A DNA stretch of 64,000 bases. Source: Eledone cirrhosa. Lineage: Eukaryota. Shown here in pieces: positions 12,205-24,012 of the stretch (within the stretch, counting starts at the first letter, position 1; every line of letters starts with the position of its first letter). Where the stretch lies: the NCBI GenBank assembly GCA_964016885.1, contig OZ024752.1, positions 11,408,001 through 11,472,000 of the forward strand, written 5' to 3'. The translations under genes and the position numbers were made by a program. Under the pieces are notes generated by a model. That model had not been told where the DNA came from and did no database searches. It worked only from the letters and a program-made list of their open reading frames with translations.

Positions 12205-12212
<8 letters not shown>
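11673..12212 (+). mobile_element. Non-autonomous HHR retroelement, 473-nt unit with ~67-nt terminal direct repeat
   Basis: 11673-11739 is repeated at 12146-12212; HHR at 12069-12137; (TA)n on both sides. Confidence 0.8.
12069..12137 (+). ncRNA. Type I hammerhead ribozyme
   Basis: GCCTT-CTGAAGA-T-AGCT...AGCT-T-GAAA-CCGCGG-TA-AAGGC: 5-bp stem I, palindromic stem III ACCGCGGT, GUA triplet. Confidence 0.8.
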
Positions 12213-12253
<41 letters not shown>

Positions 12254-12280
12254 CTGAAGTGGATATATATATAGAGAGAG

Positions 12281-12765
12281 ACTAGCCGAATTACCCGCGC
12301 CATGCTTCGTTTCACACATTCTTTTTTTGTAAGAAAATGATGATTAAATTTAAATTAGTGATATAATTTATGGACAAAAACTTTGCATTTCAATATTACT
12401 CAATGTAAAATGCAATGCTTGAAAAATTGGAAAACATTATTTTTTGTAATATATCAAATCAAAATCACTTTATTAAATCTTATTCTATTCTCGTAAATAA
12501 TTGTTTTCAAAATATCAATTCAAAACTTTTGTGAATAGGCATCATATCTTGTCATTTTCCTATGGTTTAGATTTCCTATACATCGAAGAAAAAAAATTCC
12601 AGCGGGGGTTTGTGCCCCCGGCGAACCCTTGGATTAAAATGAAATATACTTATTCAAGTACACTGGGCAATGTAGTTTCAGAATATATATGGTTATGGGG
12701 GTCTATCTCCAAAACCAAAGTGAACAAACAAACAAACAGACAGGAACTACAACTTTATATATATA
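12281..12765 (-). mobile_element. Non-autonomous Helitron-like element
   Basis: CTAG-T 3' end at 12281-12285 next to a GC-rich decayed hairpin; the other end reads TATATATAAAG..CTGTCTGTTTGTTTG on the minus strand. Confidence 0.5.
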
Positions 12766-13247
12766 TATATACTGAAGTGTGTATATATATATATATATAC
12801 GAAAGTGGTTGCTTGAAATATTTGAATATTTATTGTTCTTAAAACACTCCAACATTGACCGAATTATCACCAAAAGCGTATAATATGAGCGTGTAAATAC
12901 ACACACACACATACACACACACATTATATATATATATTACTCGATGCTCGAGAAGCAGAGTGGGTATAATCCTTTATATACATATAAACAAGAAATACGG
13001 TTTCAATTGTCCATCCCTATTTATTTTGTTATACGTATTTCAAAGAGGTAAGGCAGTTGTATAACATCTGCTCTACGTGTTCTCTTCAGACAAATATCCA
13101 AACGAGATATAAATATCCTTTAATATTTTACCGGTCATACGTGTTATTCCCTTCGCCGACCAATAAACATATATCCGAAATTCTCAAGTAGCAGTTCATA
13201 TGTGTGCGGGATATAATTGTTCCTGTTGGCGTTGTTGATTGTAAACT

Positions 13248-13448
13248 GTCATCGCCTCCATTTCTCTCTCCCTCTCCCCATCTCTCCGTATGGTGAATAA
13301 ATGGAGTCCAACGTGCTGGTCTCCCCACAGCCCCGGTGGACAGAATGGAGAAGGCGTTTCCTCGGAGGATGGTAAGGGAGATGCGCTGGAAGAGCCATTT
13401 CAACTCGTGAGGCTCACACTTGGCCAGCTCAGCGCCTACAGTGGTAAG
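13248..13448 (-). mobile_element. CRE-clade (RLE endonuclease) non-LTR retrotransposon 3' end
   Basis: Translation WLFQRISLTILRGNAFSILSTG resembles the CRE C-terminal QRLS..IQRGNA motif. Relatives at ~16207-16320, 21470-21540, 21727-21905, 37440-37695, 48095-48350, 59275-59385 and 61548-61650. Confidence 0.65.
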
Positions 13449-13511
13449 TTATCTATATATTAATTAACGTTGAATTAATTATTTTGTGGTATATTTAACA
13501 ATATTTTAGTT

Positions 13512-14240
13512 TTAAATATATACTCTACGAAATATCTTATTAATTTTGTGTAAACAAGAATTTAAAATGTTAGGGCGTTTATTAATAATGTTATGTCTAC
13601 TATTTATGAGATGTAGACTCTCTCTAGTACAGAGGTCACATCCCTTAGACATAGATCCATTTATATATGAAAAATCATGTGAGTGTTTTGACCAAGAAAG
13701 GGAGTATTCCACTTGTTTATTTTTTAGCGACCAAATCAGTTCCGACAGGGCCGTGTTAGATCTTTTATCAGCTCTTTTAAATGGGTGGCGATGGTTGTAT
13801 AACCTTTCCTTAAATCTAGTAGAAGTTCCACCAACATAAGTTACTACTCGTTTTTACTTCACATTCATAAACAATATTTTTCTCTAAACAGTTATTTTTC
13901 AATAGTCAAATATTACGATTTCTGCAATTGCAATTATTTACGCGACCATTATTGTTCCCTCCCTGCGTCTGTGTGTCTCTTGGTTTATTTTACCTATGTT
14001 AGTGGTGTTATCCCTGTTATTCGAGTTGTTGTTTACTCTATCAGTGTTTCTGTGCTTGCTATTGTGAGTTATCTCTTTATGTTTAATTACCAGGTTTCTA
14101 TTGTTAATCTTCACTGTATTCTGGGCTATGCTTTTGGTAGTCGAGTAAGAAAGTCTGTGTGTCGATTAAAGATTTGACTGTATTTATGTGATCTAGGGAA
14201 ACATTTATCTAATGCAAAAAAAGCCTTGCTATGTTTTTTT
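13512..14240 (-). mobile_element. Decayed Naiad-like Penelope element ORF C-terminus (RT-EN linker + GIY-YIG)
   Basis: Frameshifted translation: LDKCFPRSHKYSQIFNRHT..LSYS..CNCRNRNI*LLKNNCLEKNIVYECEV..YVGGTSTRFKERLYNHRHPF..TALSELIWSLK..W..CDLCTRESLHLI..NKRPNILNSCLH. Confidence 0.85.
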
Positions 14241-14346
14241 GTAATACCAAGGAGTGGGGCGGGATCTCACCCTCTTATTTAACTTTATGGTGGTAGTTGA
14301 GTTATATCTATTTGGAGCCGTTATTTATATGTCTAAACTGTGCTAG

Positions 14347-14393
14347 TGCTCCGATGATTCCAAACGAAAGTTTGGAAGAAACGATTGTCAGCA
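14347..14393 (+). ncRNA. Type I hammerhead ribozyme, CCGAUGA core variant
   Basis: TGCT-CCGATGA-TTCCAAAC-GAAA-GTTTGGAA-GAAA-CGATTG-TC-AGCA; homolog at 57372-57418. Confidence 0.7.
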
Positions 14394-16049
14394 ATAAAAT
14401 GTTTTGAACAAAGTTTTGATTATTCTGTAATTTTTATTCCGGCTCTGTAAAACATCTGATGTATTTACATTGAGCTATTTTTCTTACTGGTAATAAGGTG
14501 GTAATGAATTACTGACCTTTCCTGTTTATAATTATATATAGTGTATATCATTTTCATTTTCATTTCATTTTTACGTCCGCTTTTCCCTGCTTATCAGTTG
14601 TCTATGTGTATGTAGTTGTAAAATTCCAGGAAGTTATATGTGTATTAAGTAAATGATTCAGTCCAGAGCACGAGCAGTATGTAGTGTTAATTACACAACG
14701 AATTAGCAAAGCATTTTTAAGATCACGGATGTATATAATTGTATATAAATATATATAAAAAAACCCACATCATCAGTATTATTGTCTACGTTCATACATA
14801 TGCATCTTTCGTCGCACTATATAAGCCGTTTTCGATTCCATTGAAAATCAATTATTGAGCCGTTTTATGAATCTCGTGAGTGTTCCTTTTTCTTTCTTTG
14901 TCTTTATTTTCTTAATATTTATATTTCTTTTGTCACTTTCCTAAATTTAATTCACATTTAAGCATGAGAATTTTACTACATAGAGTATTTCTTTCATAAA
15001 CACTTGTCCTTTTGTGTGTGAATAATTTTACTCTAATTATGGAATACATCATGAAAATACAGTTTAATAGAAAAAGCAATGAAAAAAAAAGAAAGAAAAT
15101 TTAGATTGGGAAGAATGGAATGTAAAATAGGAAAATCTAGAGAAAAAAGCAAAAAGGGAAAAAGAAAAAAAACGGGACGCAGATGGAATGGCAAGAACTC
15201 TGTCACAGAAGAATGGGGAGCGGGGGGAAAGGGGGGATGGGCTCTGGACCTAGGGCGTGGCTGTAGAGGGGCTGCGTCACGCTGACAAGACGGCACAAGC
15301 ATTCCCGCGGAGATTTTACTTTATTCTTCACTTTGGCGTTATGTGTGTATTGTGTGTATTGTGTATTAGGTTATATATTAGGTTATATATCCTGGCTGTT
15401 TTGTTTTTATGATGATATCTGATCTACTGGCAACGATTTCTTGGCTAGCTATCATAGGTATATCCTACAGAATGAACATGTTGGCACTTTCCATGACTGT
15501 CTTTTGTTGATGTTCATACCATTTGTCAGAGGTTTGGATGCCATGAAAGCGGCAGAACACTCAGTGCATGTATTTGCCAATGCGGTTGTCTTTTTGTATT
15601 GCAGTAATGCATATTCAAATTTGGATTAGAACGTTCATTGTATCTGTAAGTTTAAAATTATAATTATGTTGGTACCCTCTCTCTATCTCTTCTCTTTCCC
15701 TCCCAATTTGTTGGCTCTAATATATATCGATTCATTCAGCATCCTGCATAATATAATTATATGTAGATTTGTCTTCTCTCTTCCTAAAGGAAATGTCGTT
15801 CGGTTTGTATTTATATATGTCTGAACGTATCATTTAATATAGGCCGAAATTATATATTAGATTATGAGTAAGTTAATGAGGAATGTCTACCTCTCTAATT
15901 CAAAGGAATGTAATGGAGATGAATTCTATCCATTGTTAAAGGATTTGCCTTCTATTCTTCAACAACGGAGTGAAATGTAGGCATATAATACATATGATGT
16001 GGTTGTGTGTGTGTCTGTGTGTGTGAAGAGAGAGGCCATGAAACACATA

Positions 16050-16196
16050 CCGTATTTCCCGGCATCGAAGTCTCAAAAATCTACCATGCGTCCTGGAGGC
16101 CGAAGGTTGTTTATTATTATTTTTTTTCAAAATTTCGGTTGTCAAAATTAGGGTGCGTCCTCGAGGACGAAGCGTCTTCGGCGCCGGGAAATACGG
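16050..16196. mobile_element. pogo/Tigger-like MITE
   Basis: TIRs CCGTATTTCCCGGC / GCCGGGAAATACGG with TA on both flanks. Confidence 0.85.
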
Positions 16197-16934
16197 TATT
16201 TTTAAACACAAAGGAACCAAAATCCCACTGTCACTGCCTCTATGTCTCTTGCTCTCCCCATATCTCACTATTATAACCAAATGCGAGCCTACGCGCTGGC
16301 CGCCACGCCGCAGCCCCCGCTAATATATTCCTGGATATTATCCGTGATTATCAATATGAAGGATCTTTATTCATCAGCCAATGAAAATAAAGCTTATTCT
16401 GCTTTTCCGTCCGAGTATGTGTGTGGCACTCCGTCAGCTACGAAGACGAGTATTACAGTTAATATGATCAACGGAAGATTCTGCACGTGAAATTAACGTG
16501 TCAGTGGCTGAGCATTCTACAGGCACGCGTACACTTAACGTAGTTCTCGGAGATTCAACGTGACACCGAATGTGAGAAGGCTAGTCATTCGAATTATAGG
16601 TACAACTCATTTTTGCCAGCTGAGTGCACAGAAGTAACGTGAAATAAAGTGTCTTGCTCAAGGGCGCAGCAGGCCACCGGGAATCAAACTCATGACCTTA
16701 CGATTGTCAGCCGAATTTCCTAACCAGAAAGCCACGTGTCTCCTCATACGAGTATGTAAAGAAAGACAAACGGATACACCATGATATTAATAGAATATCG
16801 TTTGGAGGAAAACAATATTTGTTACAATGAAAACTGTGTCTACGTTCCGGAACTCTTTTGCAAAACCCACGCAAACATACACAAACATAAAACAGAAAAT
16901 ATATTGCGCCTCACTGAAATGTCCAACAAACATA

Positions 16935-17960
16935 CAGGATGCCCATAAAGGCTCTTTACAATTTAAAAGAATTATTACAAAAGCAAATGAACAAATATGT
17001 GAAAATTGTTACAAAATGAATAGATATTGAAGTTTTTATAAACTAATTTAATTGTTTCTACTTTAGGCACAAGGCCAGCAAATACCCAGTGCATTACTGG
17101 TACTTTATTTTATCGACTCCGTGAGGATGAAAGGCAAAGTCAACCTCGGCGGGATTTGAACTCAGATCGTAAAGGGACGTAACTATGCTGGAAAGCATGG
17201 CGTCCGACCCTCTACCGATTCTGCCAATATGGGTACCATTAGATGTAGGAAGGACATCAAGACGGTACCCGATTTCTTGCCATGTTTGCTGTAGTATGGC
17301 CTCATCAATGGTGGCAATAGCATCAGTGATCGTTTGCTTTAGATCACTGATGTCTGGTATATTTGTTCGATACACGATATCTTGAACATAACCCCATAGA
17401 AAGAAATCCAGGTGAGTGATATCTGGTGAACGAGGTGGTCAGGGAATTGGGCCATCCCTTCCAATCCACCGGTCTGGAAATGTTTGATTTAGGAACCCAC
17501 GAACATGCAATCCCCAATGTGGTGGTGCAGCATATTGCTGGAAAATGATGGTTGGTTGAAGGTCATCTAGTTGTGGTGCCACATATTCAGTAAAAAGGTC
17601 AAGGTGAACATTTGCAGTAATTGATGTCTCCTTGAAGAAAAATGGACCAATGATAAATTTCTTGTGCCATGCACGAATTGACGGACGAGACGGTGGATCT
17701 CTTCCATATTTAGTTCTGTAGTTTCGTTGAGTCCACGTATCCGATTTTGTTTGAATAAACCATGACACACATTGTGCCTTTTCTTGAGGAGTTCATTTAA
17801 CAGTACCTCTTTCATCAACAGGATACCAGAAATACTCAAATGCAATGTAATTAAAAACTGTAGTAACTCTGAGTATAGAGAACAAACCTGATAAAGATAT
17901 CTCATCAATTGCATTTTTGATATATTTTTAAAATTGTATAAGGACTTTATGGACACACTG
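16935..17960 (-). mobile_element. Internally deleted Tc1/mariner transposon with nested SINE A (~17050-17228)
   Basis: Imperfect ~55-bp TIRs (CAGGATGCCCATAAAG / CTTTATGGACACACTG) and TA TSDs; transposase motifs GPFFF, FQQ.AAPPH, RWIGR, PPRSPD, DFFLWG. Confidence 0.9.
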
Positions 17961-18820
17961 TATAACTACATATTCGTCTGCCGGGCTCAGCCGGGACATT
18001 GCTCTGATCTAGACGTAGAGTGTGTCATCCTCTCCCTTCCTCTCATTCTTTATTCCTTAGGCTAGTAGACATTGCTCTTCCCCTCATTCTGCTCTCATTT
18101 GTACCAATGCTATTCTTTTTCTCTATGTTCGACCAAATAAAAGTGTTCTAATTTAATATATCATTTACTACGATGCCAGAAGAGCCTCAAAGTTATTATT
18201 GTTTTTTTATAAATATTTCTAACATTTTTTTGTAAATATAATTTCTCTGAATTTCATTCACAAATACCGATTTCTTGGCTTTAAATATATAATTTCATTG
18301 CTTCACCCAATTTTCGTCAGTTTTACGAACATTTTCTTTCATTTCCACAAAAAAATAAATTTCCTCTAATATTTTTGGCACACATTTTTATATTGGCCAC
18401 TTGCACATTTTTTTTCCAGATACATCGCTACTACCGTTTACTCTCAAAAGGCAACATTAGGAATATTAAAAGGCAACATTAAGAATATTAAAAGCACAAA
18501 TATATATATATAAAATAAAATAATTAAGTCAAATATTTAAAATTTGGCTTCGTTTATTAAAGGTGTACTGCTATATATATTTCGGTGACAGCCATCCTTG
18601 GCTGTGACCTCTTCAGGCAGTCCGAATGGGTGTGGTAGAGATAGGTACACATGTTGTCGAGGTGTTTAACTCCGTCAATACTCCGATATGTCCAGCTCCT
18701 GGTTGCGTTGTTATTTCTCTGAGGAATTGGTATCATATGATTTATATATATATATATATTAAGTATTTCCGAAGAAAAGGCAAGGGAAAAGAGAGTGCTC
18801 TATGTATAAACAGAGCTATT

Positions 18821-19064
18821 TAATTAGAAAGTGAACAACACAACATATAACTACTCCATTACCAAAGGTTTCAGGACCCTAGACAATATTAACAAACGTC
18901 TAGGTTGCTCATCAGAAAGAGGGGTTATGAATATATGAAAATACGAAATATTCATAACCCCTCTTTCTGATGAGCGACCTAGTAGACGTATGTTAATATT
19001 GTCTAGAGTCCTGAAACCTTCGGTAATGGAGTAGTTATATATTGTGTTGTTCACTTTCTAATTA
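18821..19064. mobile_element. Fold-back Penelope-like remnant with HHR motif in each arm
   Basis: Diverged inverted arms 18821-18933 / 18948-19064; + arm reads CTGATGA(18967)-GCGAC..TAGAC..GTCTA..GTCCT-GAAA-CCTTCGG-TA. Confidence 0.7.
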
Positions 19065-19398
19065 TATAAATGTTTTTAGCAGCCAATAATGATAACAGAT
19101 ATATTCTAATTTATTCAGGAGTGTTTGTTGGCATCTGTGACCTTGGTGGTTGTAGGAATGCTAGTAATCTTAATATCATGTTACGACTGGTGATAAAAGT
19201 ATGTGTTAAATTTATGGATTATTGGAATCGTTAGTGAAAATTTCAAATATATATACAGATATGGGCCTATTAGACTGATGGAAAAAACATGCATGTATAT
19301 TAAGAGTCATGTTAATAAAAGAAAGTGTAAAATTAAAATCCATATTGCATATATATATATATATAATGTACCCTTTATATATATATATATAAAATCAG

Positions 19399-19499
<101 letters not shown>

Positions 19500-19502
19500 C
19501 AG

Positions 19503-19539
<37 letters not shown>

Positions 19540-19692
19540 CAGAATTTTATTTCTCGCCCAAGCACAGCTGGTACATACGCGTGCATAATTACGTTTACAT
19601 AATATACTATTATACTCTGCCCTGCGCGAGCATCGATTGCTCACCCGGCATACCGCCTACGGATGCTTTTTTCTTGCACCTCTATCTATCTC

Positions 19693-19734
<42 letters not shown>

Positions 19735-20699
19735 AATATATATATATATATATATGTGTACCCTTTAGAAGAATGAAAATAACTGTGCCTGCTAATCTAT
19801 ATTAAGAATGACATCTGTAATTTAATTATCACAGTTTGTATTGATGTAATTTGATTATCACAGTTTGTATTGTTGTTTATGAGTGAAAGAAATTAGGTTG
19901 GATATAGTTGGTCCTTAAGAAAACCAAAATATAAACAAAGGGTAGAGGATGAAACCCGAAGAGCAAAAATGTCTCGTGGGTGTAGATACCCAGTATTGGA
20001 TTCTGCCAATATATAATATCTCGCTAAATGGTTAGTGATTAGAGACGTAGAGTAGATTTAAGGAAGTGATAAAAAGGGGAAATTCTAAGCCAAATAAGGC
20101 CTGGGTCCAACGGCTAAGTTAGTGTGGCTCTAGGATATGCTTAGATGCAAGTAGAGACAAGAAGTTAAGTGATAGGAGCAGTAGGCGAGGTTGATGTATC
20201 TGGGACTCAGTGTAGTAGGGTTGCTATCCATATAGCTTGAGGAAAGTTCCCGTGCTTAGGTGTCGACATGTACAAAAGAAATCATCCCTATGATTGATTA
20301 TTTTAAATCTACACCTCGAATATCTCGAGGGACACTTGTGTGTTATTTGAGAGTGATTTTACTGCTAATTTTAGTAAGTTTAGCGACCAGGTAATAGCAG
20401 CAGCAGTAGTAGCAGCAGCATTAGTAGTAGCAGAGCAGCAATAGTAGTAGTAGTAGTTGCAGCAGAAGTAGTAGAAATTGTAGCAGAGTAATAATTGTTC
20501 TTGTTGTTTAGCCCCAGGTCAGTCCTGAGCAAACCGAACTATAGTCAATTCAATTTCAGTCATGATCACTTCGTGTTATTGTTGTAGTTATGCATACGTA
20601 TGATCAAATACGATAGGATTCGAGAGCATTTGGCTGTTTTTGTTTTCCTTTAGATGGGGTGACTACGTAGAGGTTAACCTATTAATAATATTGTTATTA

Positions 20700-21212
20700 T
20701 TGGCGATGGATTGCAGAATTGGTAGAGGGTTGGACATGCTTTCCAGCATAGTTACGTCCCTTTACGATCTGAGTTCAACTCCTGCCAAGGTTGACTTTGC
20801 CTTTCATCCTTACGAGGTCGATAAAATAAAGTACCAGTAATGTAGTGGGTAATTGCTGGCCTTTTGCCGAAAGTAGAAACAATTATGGTTAGTCTTTGTT
20901 GAGCAGACTTATGAACAACGGAAGTGCAGCCATTTGTTTAGCAGACTTACGAACAACGGAAGTGCAGCCATTATGTGTATTAAGGGCGGTGAATTGGCAG
21001 TATCGGTAGAGGGTCGGACGCTATGCTCTCCAGCATAGTTACGTCCCTTTACGATCTGAGTTCAATTTCCATCGAGGTTAACTTTGCCTTTCATCCTTAC
21101 GGGGTCGATAAAATAAAGTACCAGTAATTTACTGGGGTTATTGCTTGCCTTGTGCCAAAGGTAGAAACAATTATTTGTATTTATTGAGCTACATTGTGCA
21201 ATGTTCCTTATT

Positions 21213-21283
<71 letters not shown>

Positions 21284-21720
21284 GTAGTGGCAGCTATTTT
21301 GTAAACACAACTAAACTTTTAACTCAACAAAATACTTCAGCAATGGTGGTATAGTCATTGGCTTCGCTTCTCATGCTCTCCCTCTCTCTCACTATGATAT
21401 GCTATTGGTAGTAGGGAAATAAATGTGTGAGTAAGTGTCGGTGAAACATTCATATACAACAGGTCTGAACACAAAGGAACCAAACTCCCAATGTCACTGT
21501 CGCCTCCGTCTTTCCCGCTCTCCCCATCTCTCATTATTATCGGTGAATTGGCAGTATCGGTAGAGGGTGGACATGCTTTCCAGCATAGTTACGTCCCTTT
21601 ATGATCTGAGTTCAAATCCGGCCGAGGTTAACTTTGCCTTTCATCCTTACGGGGTCGATAAAATAAAGTACCAGTAATGTACTGGGTAATTGCTGGCCTT
21701 GTGCCTAAAGTAGAAAAAAA
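20700..21720 (+). mobile_element. Cluster of three SINE A copies (~20700-20884, 20983-21172, 21540-21720) with a (TAG)n tract
   Basis: Match to the family A consensus; (AGT)n at 21213-21288. Confidence 0.85.
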
Positions 21721-22996
21721 AATTATTATAAGCAAATGTGGACTGGGCTCTCGGGCTGAGGGCCCTGACAGCTCGGCGGCCCTGGCGGACAGAGCAAATG
21801 TGGACTGGGCTCTCGGGCTGGCGGCCCGGCGGCCCTGGCGGATGGTGAAGGAGATGCGCTGGAAGAGCCATTCCAGCTCACGAAGCTCACTTCGACACTT
21901 ATTTCTAGCTGGGTGAACGACCACACGTGGAGGTCTCTCCGTTAGTTGCTATCAATGAAGTTGTTGATGGTTATGATGGTCGTTACGATGTTTCTAAAGG
22001 TCGTTATGGTTGGTGGCCGTGCTCGTAGCAATTGTCGTCGCCATGACATCGTTATGTTTTGTATGTAGAGATGAGTAGATGGGGAGTTACAACAGCGATA
22101 ATTTCTTTGATGCTAATTACGATGATTTCAATGAGGAGGAGAATGAGGAGGAGAATGAGGGGGAGAATGGCAGTGATAACGACGATGATGTTGATGTTGA
22201 AGTTCATAAAACTCATGCTGAGGATTATCATAGCGATTATCCTGATATTGGTGGTACTAGTTACATTGATGAAGGGCAGTAAACTAGAGAGAATACTCCA
22301 ATTAATATGATACACCATTCAAGTCAACAATAATTTCGCATTAGCGAACACTGTTATGTTTCCTCATATTTCTATTTTTATCTGTGAATTTTTTAAAAAG
22401 TTTATTTATTTATTTTCATATCGTATTTCATTTTTTATTTTTTATTTAATTATTTAGTAATTTCATGTTTCTCCATATTTCTGTGTGTTTTTTTTTATTT
22501 TTATATCTTTCTCTTTCTCTGTTTTCAACCAAAAAAAAAAAAAAAAAATGGCTGCCATAGCAACTAAGTTAGTGTAATTTTAATTTTGTTTTATAGATTT
22601 CTTAAATTTTATTTTAGTATTATAGCTGATGTTAATTTACTTTTCAACGTGATACTTCATTAACGCCTCTTTTATCTCAGATTTGATAAAATAATTTTAA
22701 TTCAACTTACGCCATTAACCAGCATTGTTATACTTCTATTTTCTCTTGCTTTTGGTTATATTTTCTTTGGTTGTTTGCTTGAGATTTTTTTAAGTTTAAT
22801 TTTCTTCATAAAATACCCTCATTATGCAACTCAAGCGAGGTCATTCCATAACAGCCTTAGAGTTATAGCAGGTTTTACTGTTATGAACATTCTTAAAATA
22901 TCCCATTTCCATTCATCTATACGCATGCGCAGTTCATAATGTGTATTGATTCTAGTCTATTCAAATGGTGTGCACAAAATAATAAAACAGAATATT

Positions 22997-23044
<48 letters not shown>

Positions 23045-23366
23045 TATGTGTGTGTGTATCAGTATATGTGTGTGTTTGTGTGTGTGTGTTGAAAATAGTC
23101 GAATAAGTTGGAATATGGGGACATTCGATTGTTTTATAATTAAACCCGCCGAGGTTAATTTTGCCTTTCATCCTTACGGGGTCGATAAAATAAAGTACCC
23201 CGTAATGCACTGGAATAATTGCTGGCCTTGTACCAAAAGTAGAAGCAATTATTTTATAGTTAAACATTTGCTGTAGCAGCTTACACGAACCTAACGTAGT
23301 TTCAGAATTCAAGTTTCCTAAATGCATCTTTAAACAATTATATACAAATACACGATCTTCATAAAT

Positions 23367-23399
<33 letters not shown>

Positions 23400-23424
23400 A
23401 TATCATTTATCATACTATCCAGGA

Positions 23425-23586
23425 AAAACTTGAACCGTTAAGATCTCGTTCCTGGATATGTCAATATTTATAAAACAAACTTCGTATTTTATGTGATGAA
23501 AGCGTACCAAAGTTTTGGTACGCTTGAAATATATATAATAGAATAAATATGGTTTTATAAATATAGTTTCCATTTATTAATATCAT

Positions 23587-23590
<4 letters not shown>
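23425..23590 (+). mobile_element. HHR-bearing insert (GTACCAA-stem family), core C3 mutated
   Basis: TATTTTAT-GTGATGA-AAGCGTACCAAA..TTTGGTACGCTT-GAAA-TATATA-TA-ATAGAATA. Confidence 0.6.
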
Positions 23591-23659
<69 letters not shown>

Positions 23660-23664
<5 letters not shown>

Positions 23665-24012
23665 GTGAGGTTTTTTTTACAAAATGAAAAATAACCGAGG
23701 TGTCCTACACGAGTGGAAGTATAAAGAAAAAGGGATGAAATCGAAAATGCAACTGAAGTCTTATTTTTTTTTTAAATATATATATTTATTTGGTTCCTTT
23801 ACCGGTTTCGCAGTTCTTCTGCTTTTCAAAAGGTGAGTTGAGATGGAGGGTCTGTGGTTTTTCACATGAGAAAAACCACAGACCCTCCATCTCAACTCAC
23901 CTTTTGAAAAGCAGAAGAACTGCGAAACCGGTAAAGGAACCAAATAAATATATATATTTAAAAAAAAAATAAGACTTCAGTTGCATTTTCGATTTCATCC
24001 CTTTTTCTTTAT
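23660..24012. mobile_element. Fold-back Penelope-like remnant, perfect ~143-bp arms
   Basis: 23720-23862 is the reverse complement of 23871-24013, with an 8-nt spacer; flanked by (TA)n. Confidence 0.85.
23900..23937 (+). ncRNA. Minimal type I hammerhead ribozyme, U3-A8 variant (mirror copy 23796-23833 on -)
   Basis: CCTT-TTGAAAA-GCAG-AAGAA-CTGC-GAAA-CCGG-TA-AAGG. Confidence 0.8.

Noticed and set aside
22079-22282. Acidic 67-aa ORF
   Set aside because: It lies in a degenerate GAT/GAG-rich tract, with no recognisable domain or convincing splice context.
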